From: an uncultured Planctomycetota bacterium
GTDB lineage: Bacteria; Planctomycetota; Planctomycetia; Gemmatales; Gemmataceae
Reading direction: 5' to 3'
Assembly: GCA_963849325.1 (NCBI GenBank)
Contig: CAWKHF010000008.1
Span: 32,001-96,000, forward strand
Length of the DNA stretch: 64,000 nt
The notes beneath the pieces were generated by a model that ran no database searches, was not told where the DNA came from, and saw only the letters and a list, made by a program, of their open reading frames with translations. Of the stretch, positions 9,936 to 19,568 are shown in pieces (positions within the stretch are counted from its first letter, which is position 1; every line of letters begins with the position of its first letter). Both the position numbers and the translations under genes were made by a program.

Positions 9936-11777
9936 ATGACGACGAGTCGGAAGGCAAATCTCCTGGATCACCTGCGCGGCGTTTTCCGGCAGCGAGAATG
10001 GAACGCGGCCTCCGACGCTCAGCTCCTAACCGGCTATCTCGTCCACCGTGAGGAAGCCGCGTTCGAGGCCATCCTGCGCCGGCACGGCGGTATGGTGCTC
10101 GGCGTCTGCCGCCGCATCCTGGGCGACGAGCACGATGCCGAGGACGCCTTCCAGGCCACCTTCCTGGTCCTGGTGCGCAAGGCGGCGGCGATTGTGCCGC
10201 GCGATCGGCTCGGCGCTTGGCTGCATGGCGTCGCCCAGCGCACCGCCTTGAAAGCCCGAACGGCGCGGGCGCGCCGGGCGGCGCGAGGACGACATGCGAT
10301 GGCCAAACCTTCTCCCTCAACCGATGAGGAAACCGCCTGGCTGGACCTTCAGCCCATCCTGGATGCGGAACTGGCGGCGCTGGCCGAGAATTATCGTCTG
10401 CCCATCATCCTGTGCGATCTGGAGGGCAAGAGCCGTAAGGAAGCGGCGGAGCAGCTCGGCTGGAAAGAGGGAACGCTTTCGGGGAGACTGGCCCGTGGCC
10501 GGCGCTTGCTGGCCGCTCGTCTGACACGCCGCGGCGTCGCCCTGTCCGCCGCGGCGCTGACCGCCCGGCTCACCTCGGCGGCGCGGGCCGTCGAACCGCC
10601 GGTCGCCCTCCTGAGATCCACAAGCAAGACGGCCACCCTGGTCGCGGCGGGAGTGATGACGGGCGTGGCCGCTCCCGTTCACGTTTTAATGCGAAAGGTG
10701 CTGCAAACCATGCTGATCGAAAAACTGAAATCACTGTCGGTAGTGCTGGCTGTCGCTCTGCTCGGCGTCGGCGTCGTTCTCGGCTTCTCCCACGTTCGCG
10801 GCGGCGACGAACCGCCGACGGAGCCGCCGGCCAGGAAGGAGAAACCGTCTCCGCGAACGGAGAAGCTCGCTCCGGCGAACCTCGGCAAGCTCTACTTGCA
10901 TCGCGGACACGAGTTCACCATTTACGACCTGCGGCGAAAAAAGTTCCTCGAACTGCCCAAGCGGGATGAGGGACCCGGACGCGGAGTGGAGGAGATCGGC
11001 GACCTCTTGGTTATCGGCAGAACGTATCAACCGGGTTCGGCTCGGCTCTCGCCCGATGGGCGATTCCTGGCCTTCGGCCTGGCCACGGGCACGCCGCCCA
11101 AGGAGATCCAGGTCCGCGACGCGACCAAAGAGGGTCCGTCCCGGGTCGTGGTCCACATGCCGAAGAAAGAGCTATCCAGCTGGTGCTGGTCGCCCGACGG
11201 CAAGCAAATCCTTTTCTCCGTTTGGCCGGGAGAGGACGACGACAAATATCACCCGTATGTCGTCGAGGTGGCCACGGGGAAAGTGCAAAAGGTGAAGGTG
11301 CCGGCGCTGAAGGGAAAAGGCCCGGAGGGCTGGGGCGTGTGGATTCACGCCTGGTCGCCCGATGGACTGTGGCTGGCCTTCGCCAAGGGGAGTTACTACC
11401 TCATCGATCCGCAAAGCCAGGACGTGCGCCAGGTGACCAGCGAGGCGCCCGGCTTCCTCGCCGGCAGCTGCCGCTTTTCGCCCGATGGCAAGAAGGTCGT
11501 GTTCATCGGCGGTTGGAAGGAGAAAGAGTACAATCTGTACATTCTCGATCTTTTGCTGGGTAAAACGAAATTGCTGGCGAAGCTCCGCGGCAGGTGGGAC
11601 TTCGCGGCCTGCTGGTCGCCGGACAGTCGCCGCATCGCCTTCAGTTCCGTCGAGGCGGACGACGATTTCAAGTCCAAGGGACCGTATCGCGTCGAAATCT
11701 ACGACGCCGACGGCAAGGGACGGCCGCAGCGGTTGCTGGAAGAGAAGCAGTGGTTGACCGTGACGGATTGGCGCTGA
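9936..11777 (+). CDS. ECF sigma-70 factor fused to TM segment and C-terminal PD40/TolB-like beta-propeller
   Basis: SDAQLL..AAFEAILRRHGGMV, DAEDAFQATFLVL, region 4 LEGKSRKEAAEQLGWKEGTLSGRL; WSPDG repeats at the C-terminus. Confidence 0.92.
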   Translation: MTTSRKANLLDHLRGVFRQREWNAASDAQLLTGYLVHREEAAFEAILRRHGGMVLGVCRRILGDEHDAEDAFQATFLVLVRKAAAIVPRDRLGAWLHGVAQRTALKARTARARRAARGRHAMAKPSPSTDEETAWLDLQPILDAELAALAENYRLPIILCDLEGKSRKEAAEQLGWKEGTLSGRLARGRRLLAARLTRRGVALSAAALTARLTSAARAVEPPVALLRSTSKTATLVAAGVMTGVAAPVHVLMRKVLQTMLIEKLKSLSVVLAVALLGVGVVLGFSHVRGGDEPPTEPPARKEKPSPRTEKLAPANLGKLYLHRGHEFTIYDLRRKKFLELPKRDEGPGRGVEEIGDLLVIGRTYQPGSARLSPDGRFLAFGLATGTPPKEIQVRDATKEGPSRVVVHMPKKELSSWCWSPDGKQILFSVWPGEDDDKYHPYVVEVATGKVQKVKVPALKGKGPEGWGVWIHAWSPDGLWLAFAKGSYYLIDPQSQDVRQVTSEAPGFLAGSCRFSPDGKKVVFIGGWKEKEYNLYILDLLLGKTKLLAKLRGRWDFAACWSPDSRRIAFSSVEADDDFKSKGPYRVEIYDADGKGRPQRLLEEKQWLTVTDWR

Positions 11778-11785
11778 CGGAAGCA

Positions 11786-11862
11786 TTCGGAGCCTGAAGC
11801 GTAAGCGAAGAGCGCGACAACCGAAGGTTGTCGCGCTCTTCGCTTACGCTTCAGGCTCCGAA
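11786..11862. repeat. REP-like hairpin family A (37-bp perfect stem, GAA loop) between convergent genes
   Basis: ttcggagcctgaagcgtaagcgaagagcgcgacaacc-gaa-reverse complement. Confidence 0.92.
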
Positions 11863-11869
11863 AGAGGGT

Positions 11870-14033
11870 CTACGCCTCCGCATAGAAGCCCTTGCCCTCC
11901 GCCGCCAGCTGGCGCATCTGCTCCGTCGGCTGGAAGCGCGGCCCCAGGCGCTCGTAACTCTTCAGCTTCTCCAGCACCTTCGCCAGCCCCAGCGTGTCGG
12001 CCCAGCGCAGGATGCCGCCGCGGAACGGCGGGAAGCCGATGCCCAGGATCAGGCCCATGTCCACGTCGCCCGGCTCGCGCACGATGCCCTCCGCCAGCAC
12101 CCGGCTCGCCTCCGTCAGCATCGGCAGGAACAGCCGATCCGTAATCTCCTCCGTGCCGATTTCGCGCTGTCCGGTGCGGCACTTCGCCAGGATGGCCGTC
12201 GAAGGCCGGGTCGTCGGCGCCGCGCGAGCCCTTGGCGTAGCTGTAGAAGCCGGCCCCCGACTTCTGGCCCAGCCGGCCGGCCGCGACCAGCTCGTCGAGG
12301 ATGCGCGTCGGCGCCGCCCGGTCGGCGAAGGCCGTGTTGATGACGCGGCCGGCGTACAGCGACGTGTCCAGGCCGACCAGGTCGTTGAGCGTGATCGGCC
12401 CCATCGGCATGCCGAAGGCCGTCGCCGCCTTGTCGATGGCCCGCGGCGACGCCCCTTCCTCCAGCAGCACCAGCGACTCGTTGAGGTAGGGGAAGAGGAT
12501 GCGGTTGACCAGGAAGCCGGGGCAGTCGCGGACCACGATCGGCGTCTTGCCGATGCGCTTGGCCAGGGCGACCAGCGTGACCACCGTGGCGTCGCCGGTC
12601 TTGCTCGCCGCGGATGACCTCGACCAGCTGCATGCGGTCGACCGGGTTGAAGAAGTGCAGGCCGGCGAAGTTCTCCGGGATGCGTCGACCGACTTCGCCA
12701 TGCGCGTGATGGAGATGGTGGAGGTGTTCGAGGCCAGGATCGCGCCCGGCCGCAAGACCTTTTGCACCTCGCGATAGAGCTTCACCTTGGCCTCCTCGTT
12801 CTCGACGATGGCCTCGATGACCACGTCGCGGTCGGCCAGGGCGTTGAGCGTCGGTGCTGGTGCTCAGGCGAGCCAGGGCGCCGGCCGCCTCGGCGGGCGT
12901 CATGCGGCCGATCTCGACGCGGCCCTGCAGGCTCTTGGTGATGGCGCCGACGCCCTTCTCCAGGGCCGCCGGCGCGTTGTCGAGCAGCAGAGCCGGGATG
13001 CCGCGGCGGACGTGGGCGCCGGCGATGCCGGCACCCATGATGCCGGCGCCGAGGACGCCGACCTGGTCGACCGTCCGCGGCTGGACGTGCGGCGTCGGCG
13101 ACGCCGGGGTCTTTCTGCAAGCGCTGGCGTCATGAAGAAGACGGCGATGAGGTTGCGCGAGATCGGGCTGCCGACCAGCGGCACGAACTGCGTCGGTCTC
13201 GACCTTCAGGCCGTCCTCCAGCGGCAGGTTGCAGCCCTTGGCGATGGCGTCCAGGGCGGCCAGCGGCGCCGGATACTGGCCGCCGGTCTTGGCCATGCAC
13301 CTGGGCGCGGGCCACGGCGAAGGTGAACGCTTGCTGCTCTTCGCTCAGGCCGACCGGCTGCTGCTTGCGCCGGCGGGCCTCCTGCCAGTCGTCCGGACTG
13401 TCTGCGCCCAGCTGCAGCAGCCGCACGCGCCTCGTCGAGCAGATGCTCGGCCGGCACGGCGTCGAAGACGAGGCCGAGCTGGCGGGCGCGCGTCGGCCTT
13501 GGCCGCCTCGCCGGCGCAGATCATCTCGGCGGCCAGCGACGGGCCGATCAGCCGCGTCAGCCGCTGCGTGCCGCCCCAGCCGGGGATGAGGCCGATCTTC
13601 GTCTCCGGCAGGCCGATCTCGGTCTTCGGGTGCGTGCTGGCCAGGCGATAGTCGAAGCCCAGCGCCAGCTCCAGGCCGCCGCCCATGCAGGCGCCGTCGA
13701 TGGCGGCCACGGTGGGGTACGGCAGCGCCTCGAAGACGGCGATGAGGTCGAGGCCGCGCTGCACCAGCTTGCGGGCCGTGTCCGGCGTCCGGCGGGGCGC
13801 TGCCCAGCTCGCGCAGGTCGGCGCCGGCGATGAACATGCCCGGCTTGCCGCTGCGGAAGATCAGGCCGCGCAGGTCGGTGCGAGCCTTCAGCTGCGCCGA
13901 CCATCGCCTCCAGTTCGCCGAGGACGGCCTGGCCGAGCGTGTTGGCCCGGCTGCCGGGCTGGTCGAGCGTCAGCAGGGCGAGGTCGCCGTCGAGGATTTC
14001 CAGCCGCAGGGCCGACTGCGCGGGTTGACTCAT
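11870..14033 (-). CDS. fadB: Fatty acid oxidation complex alpha subunit (enoyl-CoA hydratase/3-hydroxyacyl-CoA dehydrogenase), multiple frameshifts
   Basis: Pieces across frames: [87 protein letters not shown]. Confidence 0.88.
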
Positions 14034-14171
14034 AGTCGCGTCCTTTCGTGAGTTCGCGGGGAGGTTCGCGGACGAAAGATGAGTGTATCCGAAATGCGGG
14101 CGGCTGCAAAGGATGGGGTTGGCCGTCCCTTCGCTTACGCTCCCAAGGGCATTGCTTTTCCTGACGTTCGC

Positions 14172-14558
14172 TTACCAGAGGCGGGTTACGCCGTAGCGAT
14201 CCAGAGCAGAATCCATGCTGACGAGGGGAATGTTCTCGATCATCGCCTGAGCGATCAGCAGTCGGTCGAAGGGATCCTTGTGGTGGAACGGCATGCCGGC
14301 GACTGCCGACAGGTGGGCGTCGGTAATAAGTAACCACTCGAAGTAGGTTCGCAGCATGTGCTGAGGGAAGAAACCTCGGAACGGACCGCCGAGGTCGAGT
14401 TTCTTCAGACTGACCTTAATGGCGACTTCCCACGGGGTCGCCAGGCTGACGAGCTTGCGGTTGGTCGGGTCGCGGATCAGGGCTTTGGCCGTCGCACTCA
14501 ACTGAGGGTCGTCCCACCAGAACCAGAGTACGGTGTGCGTGTCGAGCAGCAGAGTCAT
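14172..14558 (-). CDS. vapC: PIN-domain toxin (VapC family)
   Basis: MTLLLDTHTVLW...HHKDPFDRLLIAQA...LVSMD; start overlaps the antitoxin stop. Confidence 0.9.
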   Translation of the reverse strand: MTLLLDTHTVLWFWWDDPQLSATAKALIRDPTNRKLVSLATPWEVAIKVSLKKLDLGGPFRGFFPQHMLRTYFEWLLITDAHLSAVAGMPFHHKDPFDRLLIAQAMIENIPLVSMDSALDRYGVTRLW

Positions 14559-14788
14559 TCCATGTACTCCGCAAAGTCTTCCAGTGGGGCGTCGAAGTCC
14601 GGCGCCATCCACAGGGATCGATCCTTTGCCGTCCCCGGTTGACTTGGCCAACTCGTCCGGGCCGGTCGTGTGACGACCGCGACCGGCTCGCCGTTGCTGG
14701 TCAGCACCAGTTCTTCGCCGGGCACCATGCCGGCCACAATTTCCGACAAGTGCGGCCCGGCGGCGGCAAGCGGCAGTGTGCGGGACAT
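14555..14788 (-). CDS. Phd/YefM-type antitoxin (VapB)
   Basis: AAGGAG RBS; HLSEIV...GEELVLTSNGEPVA...MAPDFDAPLEDFAEY; directly upstream of vapC. Confidence 0.85.
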   Translation of the reverse strand: MSRTLPLAAAGPHLSEIVAGMVPGEELVLTSNGEPVAVVTRPARTSWPSQPGTAKDRSLWMAPDFDAPLEDFAEYME

Positions 14789-14979
14789 GGGGTACTCCTT
14801 CGACCGGAATGGTTGGGGTGGTCGGCGGCCTCGCCGGGTTCGGGCCGATCTCGCTTGCTCTATTGTACCACCCCCTCGCCCGAGTTTGATCCGCTCCAAC
14901 CGTCCGAATGCTTGATGGAACGACTCCTTGCACGCCGACAGCGGCCCTTTTACTATAAAGACAGTTCGTAATCCTCCCG

Positions 14980-17283
14980 ATGCCGACAGGCATCTCCGCC
15001 CGCCCACGCTGCGAGACGTTCATGAATTCATCGAAGACATGCGGCTGCCACGGCCGGCACCGGCCGTGGGCGCTCCACACGGCCTGCACTCTTCTCCTGC
15101 TCGTCGCACGGCCGGCCGTCCCGGTACGGGCGGCGCCGGTCAGCTTCCGCAACGAGGTCATGGCCGTGCTGTCGCGCGGCGGCTGCAACCAGGGGGCGTG
15201 CCACGGCAATCAGAACGGTAAGAACGGCTTCAAACTGTCGCTGCGCGGCCAGGATGCCGATTTCGACCTCGACGCCCTAACGCGCGACACGCTCGGTCGC
15301 CGCACCGATCGCTTGCACCCCGCCGATAGTCTGGTCCTCAGCAAGGCGACGAGCAGCGTGCCGCACGAGGGCGGTCCGCGCTTCGACCGCGCTTCGCTGG
15401 AATATCGACTGCTCTTCCGCTGGATCGCCGAGGGCGCGCGGCCTGACTCGCCGGACGCCCCCGTCCTGCGCCGCCTCGACGTGACGCCGCGCGAACAGGT
15501 GCTGGTCGAGCCGGCCGATAGCGTATCCTTGAACGTGCGGGCTGTCTTCTCCGACGGCAGCGTCCGCGACGTGACGCGCCTGGCCGTCTTCGAGACGTCG
15601 AACCTGATCGTCCGCGTCGATGCCGAGGGCATGGCGCGGCGGCAGGACCGCGGCGAAACGACGATCCTCGTGCGCTACCTCGACCGACAGGCGGCGGTGC
15701 AGCTGGCGTTCGTGCCGGCGCGGCCCGGCTTCGCCTGGCCCGAAACGCCCGAGTCCAACTACATCGATCACCACGTCTTAGCCAAACTGCGGACGCTGCG
15801 CATGGCCCCCTCGGCCCTCGCTCCCGATGCCGTGTTCCTGCGCCGCGTCTATCTCGACACGCTCGGCATCCTACCGACGCCGGAGGAAACGCGGACGTTC
15901 CTGGCCGACACGCATCCCGACAAGCGGGCGCGGCGGATCGACGCCCTGCTGCAACGGCCGGAGTTCGCCGACTTCTGGTCCCTCAAATGGTCGGATTTAC
16001 TGCACTGCGAGGAGAAGACGCTCGACCGCAAGGGCGTGCAGGTGTTCCACGATTGGATTCGCCGGAGCATCGCCGACGGCAAGCCGCTCAACGAGTTCGC
16101 CCGCGAATTGGTCGCCGGCCGCGGCAGCACCTACAGTCAGCCGGCGGCCAACTGGTATCGCGCCCTGCGCGATCCGCAGGCTCGCGCCGAGTCCTGCGCC
16201 CAGGTGTTTCTCGGCATTCGCATGCAGTGCGCCCGCTGCCACAATCACCCGTTCGACCGCTGGACGCAGACCGACTATCACAGTTTGTCGGCCTTCTTCG
16301 GCCGCGTGCAATACCGCATCCTCGAAAACAACCGCCGCGACCGCCTCGACAAGCACGAGTTCGACGGCGAACAGGTGGTGTGGATGGACCGCGCCGGCGA
16401 GATCAAGCATCCGCGCAGCGGCGAGGTACTGCGGCCGCTGTTCCTGGGTGCCGAGACACCGGCGTTCGCCCCGGAGTCCGATCGCTTGCTGGCCCTGGCC
16501 GATTGGATTGCCAGCCCGGACAATCCGTTCTTCGCCCGCGCCCAGGCCAACCGTGTTTGGTATCACCTGCTCGGCCGCGGCCTCGTCGAGCCGAACGACG
16601 ACTTCCGCGCCTCCAATCCTCCGGTCAACGGCCCGCTACTCGACGCCCTGGCCCGCGACCTCGCCGCGCACCGCTTCGACCTGCGTTCCCTGGTGCGAAC
16701 GATCCTGAACTCGCGCACCTATCAGCTATCCGCTGTGCCCAACGAGAGCAACGGCGACGATGAGGCCAACTTCGCCCGCGCTCTGGTGCGGCCGTTGCAG
16801 GCGGAACAACTGCTCGATGCGCTGGCGCAGGTGACGGGCGTGGCGCCGGATTTCCCCGGTTATCCGGCGGGCACGCGCGCCGGCCAGCTGCCGGGCGTCG
16901 GCGGCAATCGCGGTCGGCGGCGGCAGGCCAGCGACGGCGAGAAGTTCCTCACCTCGTTCGGCAAACCGATCCGCTTGCTCAGCTGTGAGTGCGAACGCTC
17001 CGAGGACACGACGCTGGCGCGGGCGTTCCAGCTCATCACCGGGCCGCTCGTCAACCAGATACTCAGCGACGCGGACAACCGCATTGGCCGTCTGCTCCAA
17101 GCCGGCAAGACGGACGCGGAGATCATCGAGGAATGTTACCTGGCGGCGCTGTGCCGGCCGCCGTCGCCACAAGAGAGACAGCGGGCGCGAGAGATGATCG
17201 AGCGGTCGAAGGATCGGCGGGCGGCGCTGGAAGACCTGGTTTGGGGATTGGTCAACGCCAAGGAGTTTCTACTGCGGCGGTGA
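14980..17283 (+). CDS. DUF1549/DUF1553 (PSCyt2/PSD1) planctomycete cytochrome-like protein with Ig-like domain (start may be 15022)
   Basis: SFRNEVMAVLSRGGCNQGACHG, FLGIRMQCARCHNHPFDRWTQ, NPFFARAQANRVW, CECERS, LVNAKEFL. Confidence 0.92.
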   Translation: MPTGISARPRCETFMNSSKTCGCHGRHRPWALHTACTLLLLVARPAVPVRAAPVSFRNEVMAVLSRGGCNQGACHGNQNGKNGFKLSLRGQDADFDLDALTRDTLGRRTDRLHPADSLVLSKATSSVPHEGGPRFDRASLEYRLLFRWIAEGARPDSPDAPVLRRLDVTPREQVLVEPADSVSLNVRAVFSDGSVRDVTRLAVFETSNLIVRVDAEGMARRQDRGETTILVRYLDRQAAVQLAFVPARPGFAWPETPESNYIDHHVLAKLRTLRMAPSALAPDAVFLRRVYLDTLGILPTPEETRTFLADTHPDKRARRIDALLQRPEFADFWSLKWSDLLHCEEKTLDRKGVQVFHDWIRRSIADGKPLNEFARELVAGRGSTYSQPAANWYRALRDPQARAESCAQVFLGIRMQCARCHNHPFDRWTQTDYHSLSAFFGRVQYRILENNRRDRLDKHEFDGEQVVWMDRAGEIKHPRSGEVLRPLFLGAETPAFAPESDRLLALADWIASPDNPFFARAQANRVWYHLLGRGLVEPNDDFRASNPPVNGPLLDALARDLAAHRFDLRSLVRTILNSRTYQLSAVPNESNGDDEANFARALVRPLQAEQLLDALAQVTGVAPDFPGYPAGTRAGQLPGVGGNRGRRRQASDGEKFLTSFGKPIRLLSCECERSEDTTLARAFQLITGPLVNQILSDADNRIGRLLQAGKTDAEIIEECYLAALCRPPSPQERQRAREMIERSKDRRAALEDLVWGLVNAKEFLLRR

Positions 17284-17334
17284 AGTAGACTGCGCGGTAG
17301 AATGCTAGGAGGTGAAATCGAGAGGAGGACTCCC

Positions 17335-17637
17335 ATGCAAATCCCCGTGCTGATTGAGCGGGTACACGAAAATGGGTTTCGGGCCAGCGGGGCAGTTCCG
17401 TTCACGTTTACGGTGGAAGGAACGACTCGTGAGGAGGTAGTTCAGAAGTTCCAGCAGTTGATCGCGAGCAAGCTGGAGGCTGGCTCCGAGTTAGTTCCCG
17501 TGGACGTTCCGGAACAAGACAATCCCTGGCTGAAGATGGCCGGCATGTGGGACAAAGACGATCCCCTCGTGCAAGAATGGAAAGAGATCATGCGCGAGAA
17601 TCGACTCAAGGACGAGGAAGACTCGGAGAGTCTATGA
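17335..17637 (+). CDS. Putative antitoxin (HicB-like N-terminus)
   Basis: GAGGAGG RBS; MQIPVLIE...EGTTREEVV...NPWLKMAGMW; ATGA overlap with the PIN gene. Confidence 0.7.
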   Translation: MQIPVLIERVHENGFRASGAVPFTFTVEGTTREEVVQKFQQLIASKLEAGSELVPVDVPEQDNPWLKMAGMWDKDDPLVQEWKEIMRENRLKDEEDSESL

Positions 17638-18053
17638 GCTTCTACATTCTGGATACGGACATCCTGACCCTGCTCCAGGATGGAGATCCGACCGTACGAC
17701 AACACGTTGCCAGTCATCCGAAGCAAGAAGTAGCGATAACTGTCATCAGTGTGGAGGAACAGTTAACCGGATGGTATACCAAGCTTCGCCGCGCCAAAAA
17801 GTCAGACCTATTGGCACAGGCATACGAACGTCTAACACGAAATGTACGATACCTCGCCCAATTAACGATTTTGACCTTCTCGGAGCCGTCTATCTTGCGC
17901 TCGGAGCAATTGAGGGCGCTCAAATTGAATGTGGCGCGCAAGGATTTATGTATCGCGGCCATCACACTCGAGTATGGAGGCATTCTGGTCACGCGGAACC
18001 TGCGCGATTTCCAGCGTGTTCCGAATCTCGTGGTGGAAGACTGGTCGGTCTGA
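17634..18053 (+). CDS. vapC: PIN-domain toxin (VapC family)
   Basis: YILDTD...ISVEEQ...DLCIAAITL...LVTRNLRDF..VPNL.VEDWS. Confidence 0.9.
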   Translation: MSFYILDTDILTLLQDGDPTVRQHVASHPKQEVAITVISVEEQLTGWYTKLRRAKKSDLLAQAYERLTRNVRYLAQLTILTFSEPSILRSEQLRALKLNVARKDLCIAAITLEYGGILVTRNLRDFQRVPNLVVEDWSV

Positions 18054-18059
18054 CGGAGC

Positions 18060-19457
18060 ATGGTGATGAAGAATCGAAATTTGACCAACGGCTGTCACGC
18101 CTTCTCTCCTCGCATGACGCGCCGTCATCTGCTGCAAGTCGGCGGCCTAAGCCTGCTCGGCCTGAGCCTGCCGGAGCTGCTGCGCGCCGCCGAACGCGGC
18201 GGTAAACACAAACCCCGGGCTCGCGCCGTGATCTTCCTCCATCAATGGGGCGGCCCCAGTCATCACGATACCTTTGATATGAAGCCCGCCGCTCCCGACG
18301 CCATTCGCGGTGAGTTCAAACCCATCTCGACCAACCTTCCCGGCGTGCCGGTGTGCGAACGGCTGCCGGACCTGACGCGCGTGATGAACAAGGTGACGCT
18401 GGTGCGCACCCTGCACCACACCATGAAGAACCACAATTCGGCCGGTTATTACAGCCTGAGCGGCTATGCTCCGCCGACCGATGATCAGCGGCTGCGCGAT
18501 TCCAACGACCTGTTTCCGGCCTACGGCTCCATCGTCGATCGCCTGGCTCCGGCGAAGGCCGGCGTGCCGACCTTCGTCGCCTATCCGCACACCATCAGCG
18601 ACGGCTCGATCACGCCCGGACAGCACGCCAGCTTCCTCGGCAAGGGCCACGATCCCCTGTTCATCAACCAGGACCCCAACAGCGCCGATTTTCGCCTGCC
18701 CGAGCTGAGCCTGCCCGCCAACCTGTCGGCCGAACGACTCGGCAACCGCCGCGAGATGCTGCGCCTGATCGACCGGCAAACGGAGCTGCTCGACTTTTCG
18801 GCCAAGGCGCGCGGCATCGATGCCCATTATCAGCGAGCTATGACCATGTTGTCGTCGCCGGCCGTCAAGAAAGCCTTCGACCTGTCGGCCGAGCCGAGTT
18901 CCGTGCGCGACCGCTATGGTCGGACCACCTATGGCCAGGGGTGTTTGCTGGCGCGGCGGCTGGTCGAGGCGGGGGCGCGCTTCGTCAACGTGTATTTCTC
19001 GCGCTCCATCGGCGGCTGCGAAGGCGGCTGGGACACGCACGGCTTCAACGACAAGCCGATGTATCCCATCCTCAAAAACTATCTTCTGCCCATGACCAAT
19101 CAAACGCTGCCGACATTGTTGGAAGACCTCGAACAGCGCGGTCTGTTCGACGAGACGCTGGTCGTCTGGGTAGGCGAGTTCGGCCGCTCGCCGCGCATCA
19201 ACAAACTGGCGGGCCGCGATCACTGGCCGCAGTGCTACACCGCGCTGCTGGCCGGCGGCGGCGTCAAGCGCGGCCACGTCCACGGCGCTTCCGATCGTCT
19301 CGGCGCCTACCCCGTCAGCGATCCGGTACGGCCGGACGATTTGTCGGCGACGATGTTCCATCTGCTCGGCATCGATCCGGCGACCGAGATCCACGACGCG
19401 CTCAACCGGCCGCTGCCCATCAGCGCCGGTGAGGTCGTCGGCGGCGTCCTGGCGTGA
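18060..19457 (+). CDS. DUF1501 domain protein (Tat-like RRHLL signal)
   Basis: GGPSHHDTFDMKP, LLARRLVEAG, WDTH, GEFGRSP, GRDHWP. Confidence 0.93.
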   Translation: MVMKNRNLTNGCHAFSPRMTRRHLLQVGGLSLLGLSLPELLRAAERGGKHKPRARAVIFLHQWGGPSHHDTFDMKPAAPDAIRGEFKPISTNLPGVPVCERLPDLTRVMNKVTLVRTLHHTMKNHNSAGYYSLSGYAPPTDDQRLRDSNDLFPAYGSIVDRLAPAKAGVPTFVAYPHTISDGSITPGQHASFLGKGHDPLFINQDPNSADFRLPELSLPANLSAERLGNRREMLRLIDRQTELLDFSAKARGIDAHYQRAMTMLSSPAVKKAFDLSAEPSSVRDRYGRTTYGQGCLLARRLVEAGARFVNVYFSRSIGGCEGGWDTHGFNDKPMYPILKNYLLPMTNQTLPTLLEDLEQRGLFDETLVVWVGEFGRSPRINKLAGRDHWPQCYTALLAGGGVKRGHVHGASDRLGAYPVSDPVRPDDLSATMFHLLGIDPATEIHDALNRPLPISAGEVVGGVLA

Positions 19458-19486
19458 ACGGCACACCGTTTGCTGCCCGGAAAGGA

Positions 19487-19556
19487 TGAGTTGACGAGCC
19501 GCGAGCGTCCGCGAGCGAACTAGCCCGCTCGCGGACGCTCGCGGCTCATCAACTCA
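19487..19556. repeat. REP-like hairpin (31-bp arms, one mismatch)
   Basis: tgagttgacgagccgcgagcgtccgcgagcg ... cgctcgcggacgctcgcggctcatcaactca. Confidence 0.85.
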
Positions 19557-19568
19557 GGAGCTACTGCC

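Noticed and set aside
11870-14033. Programmed frameshifting or true pseudogene for the fadB-like gene
   Set aside because: Many scattered shifts without slippery sites and with intact motifs fit sequence error better.
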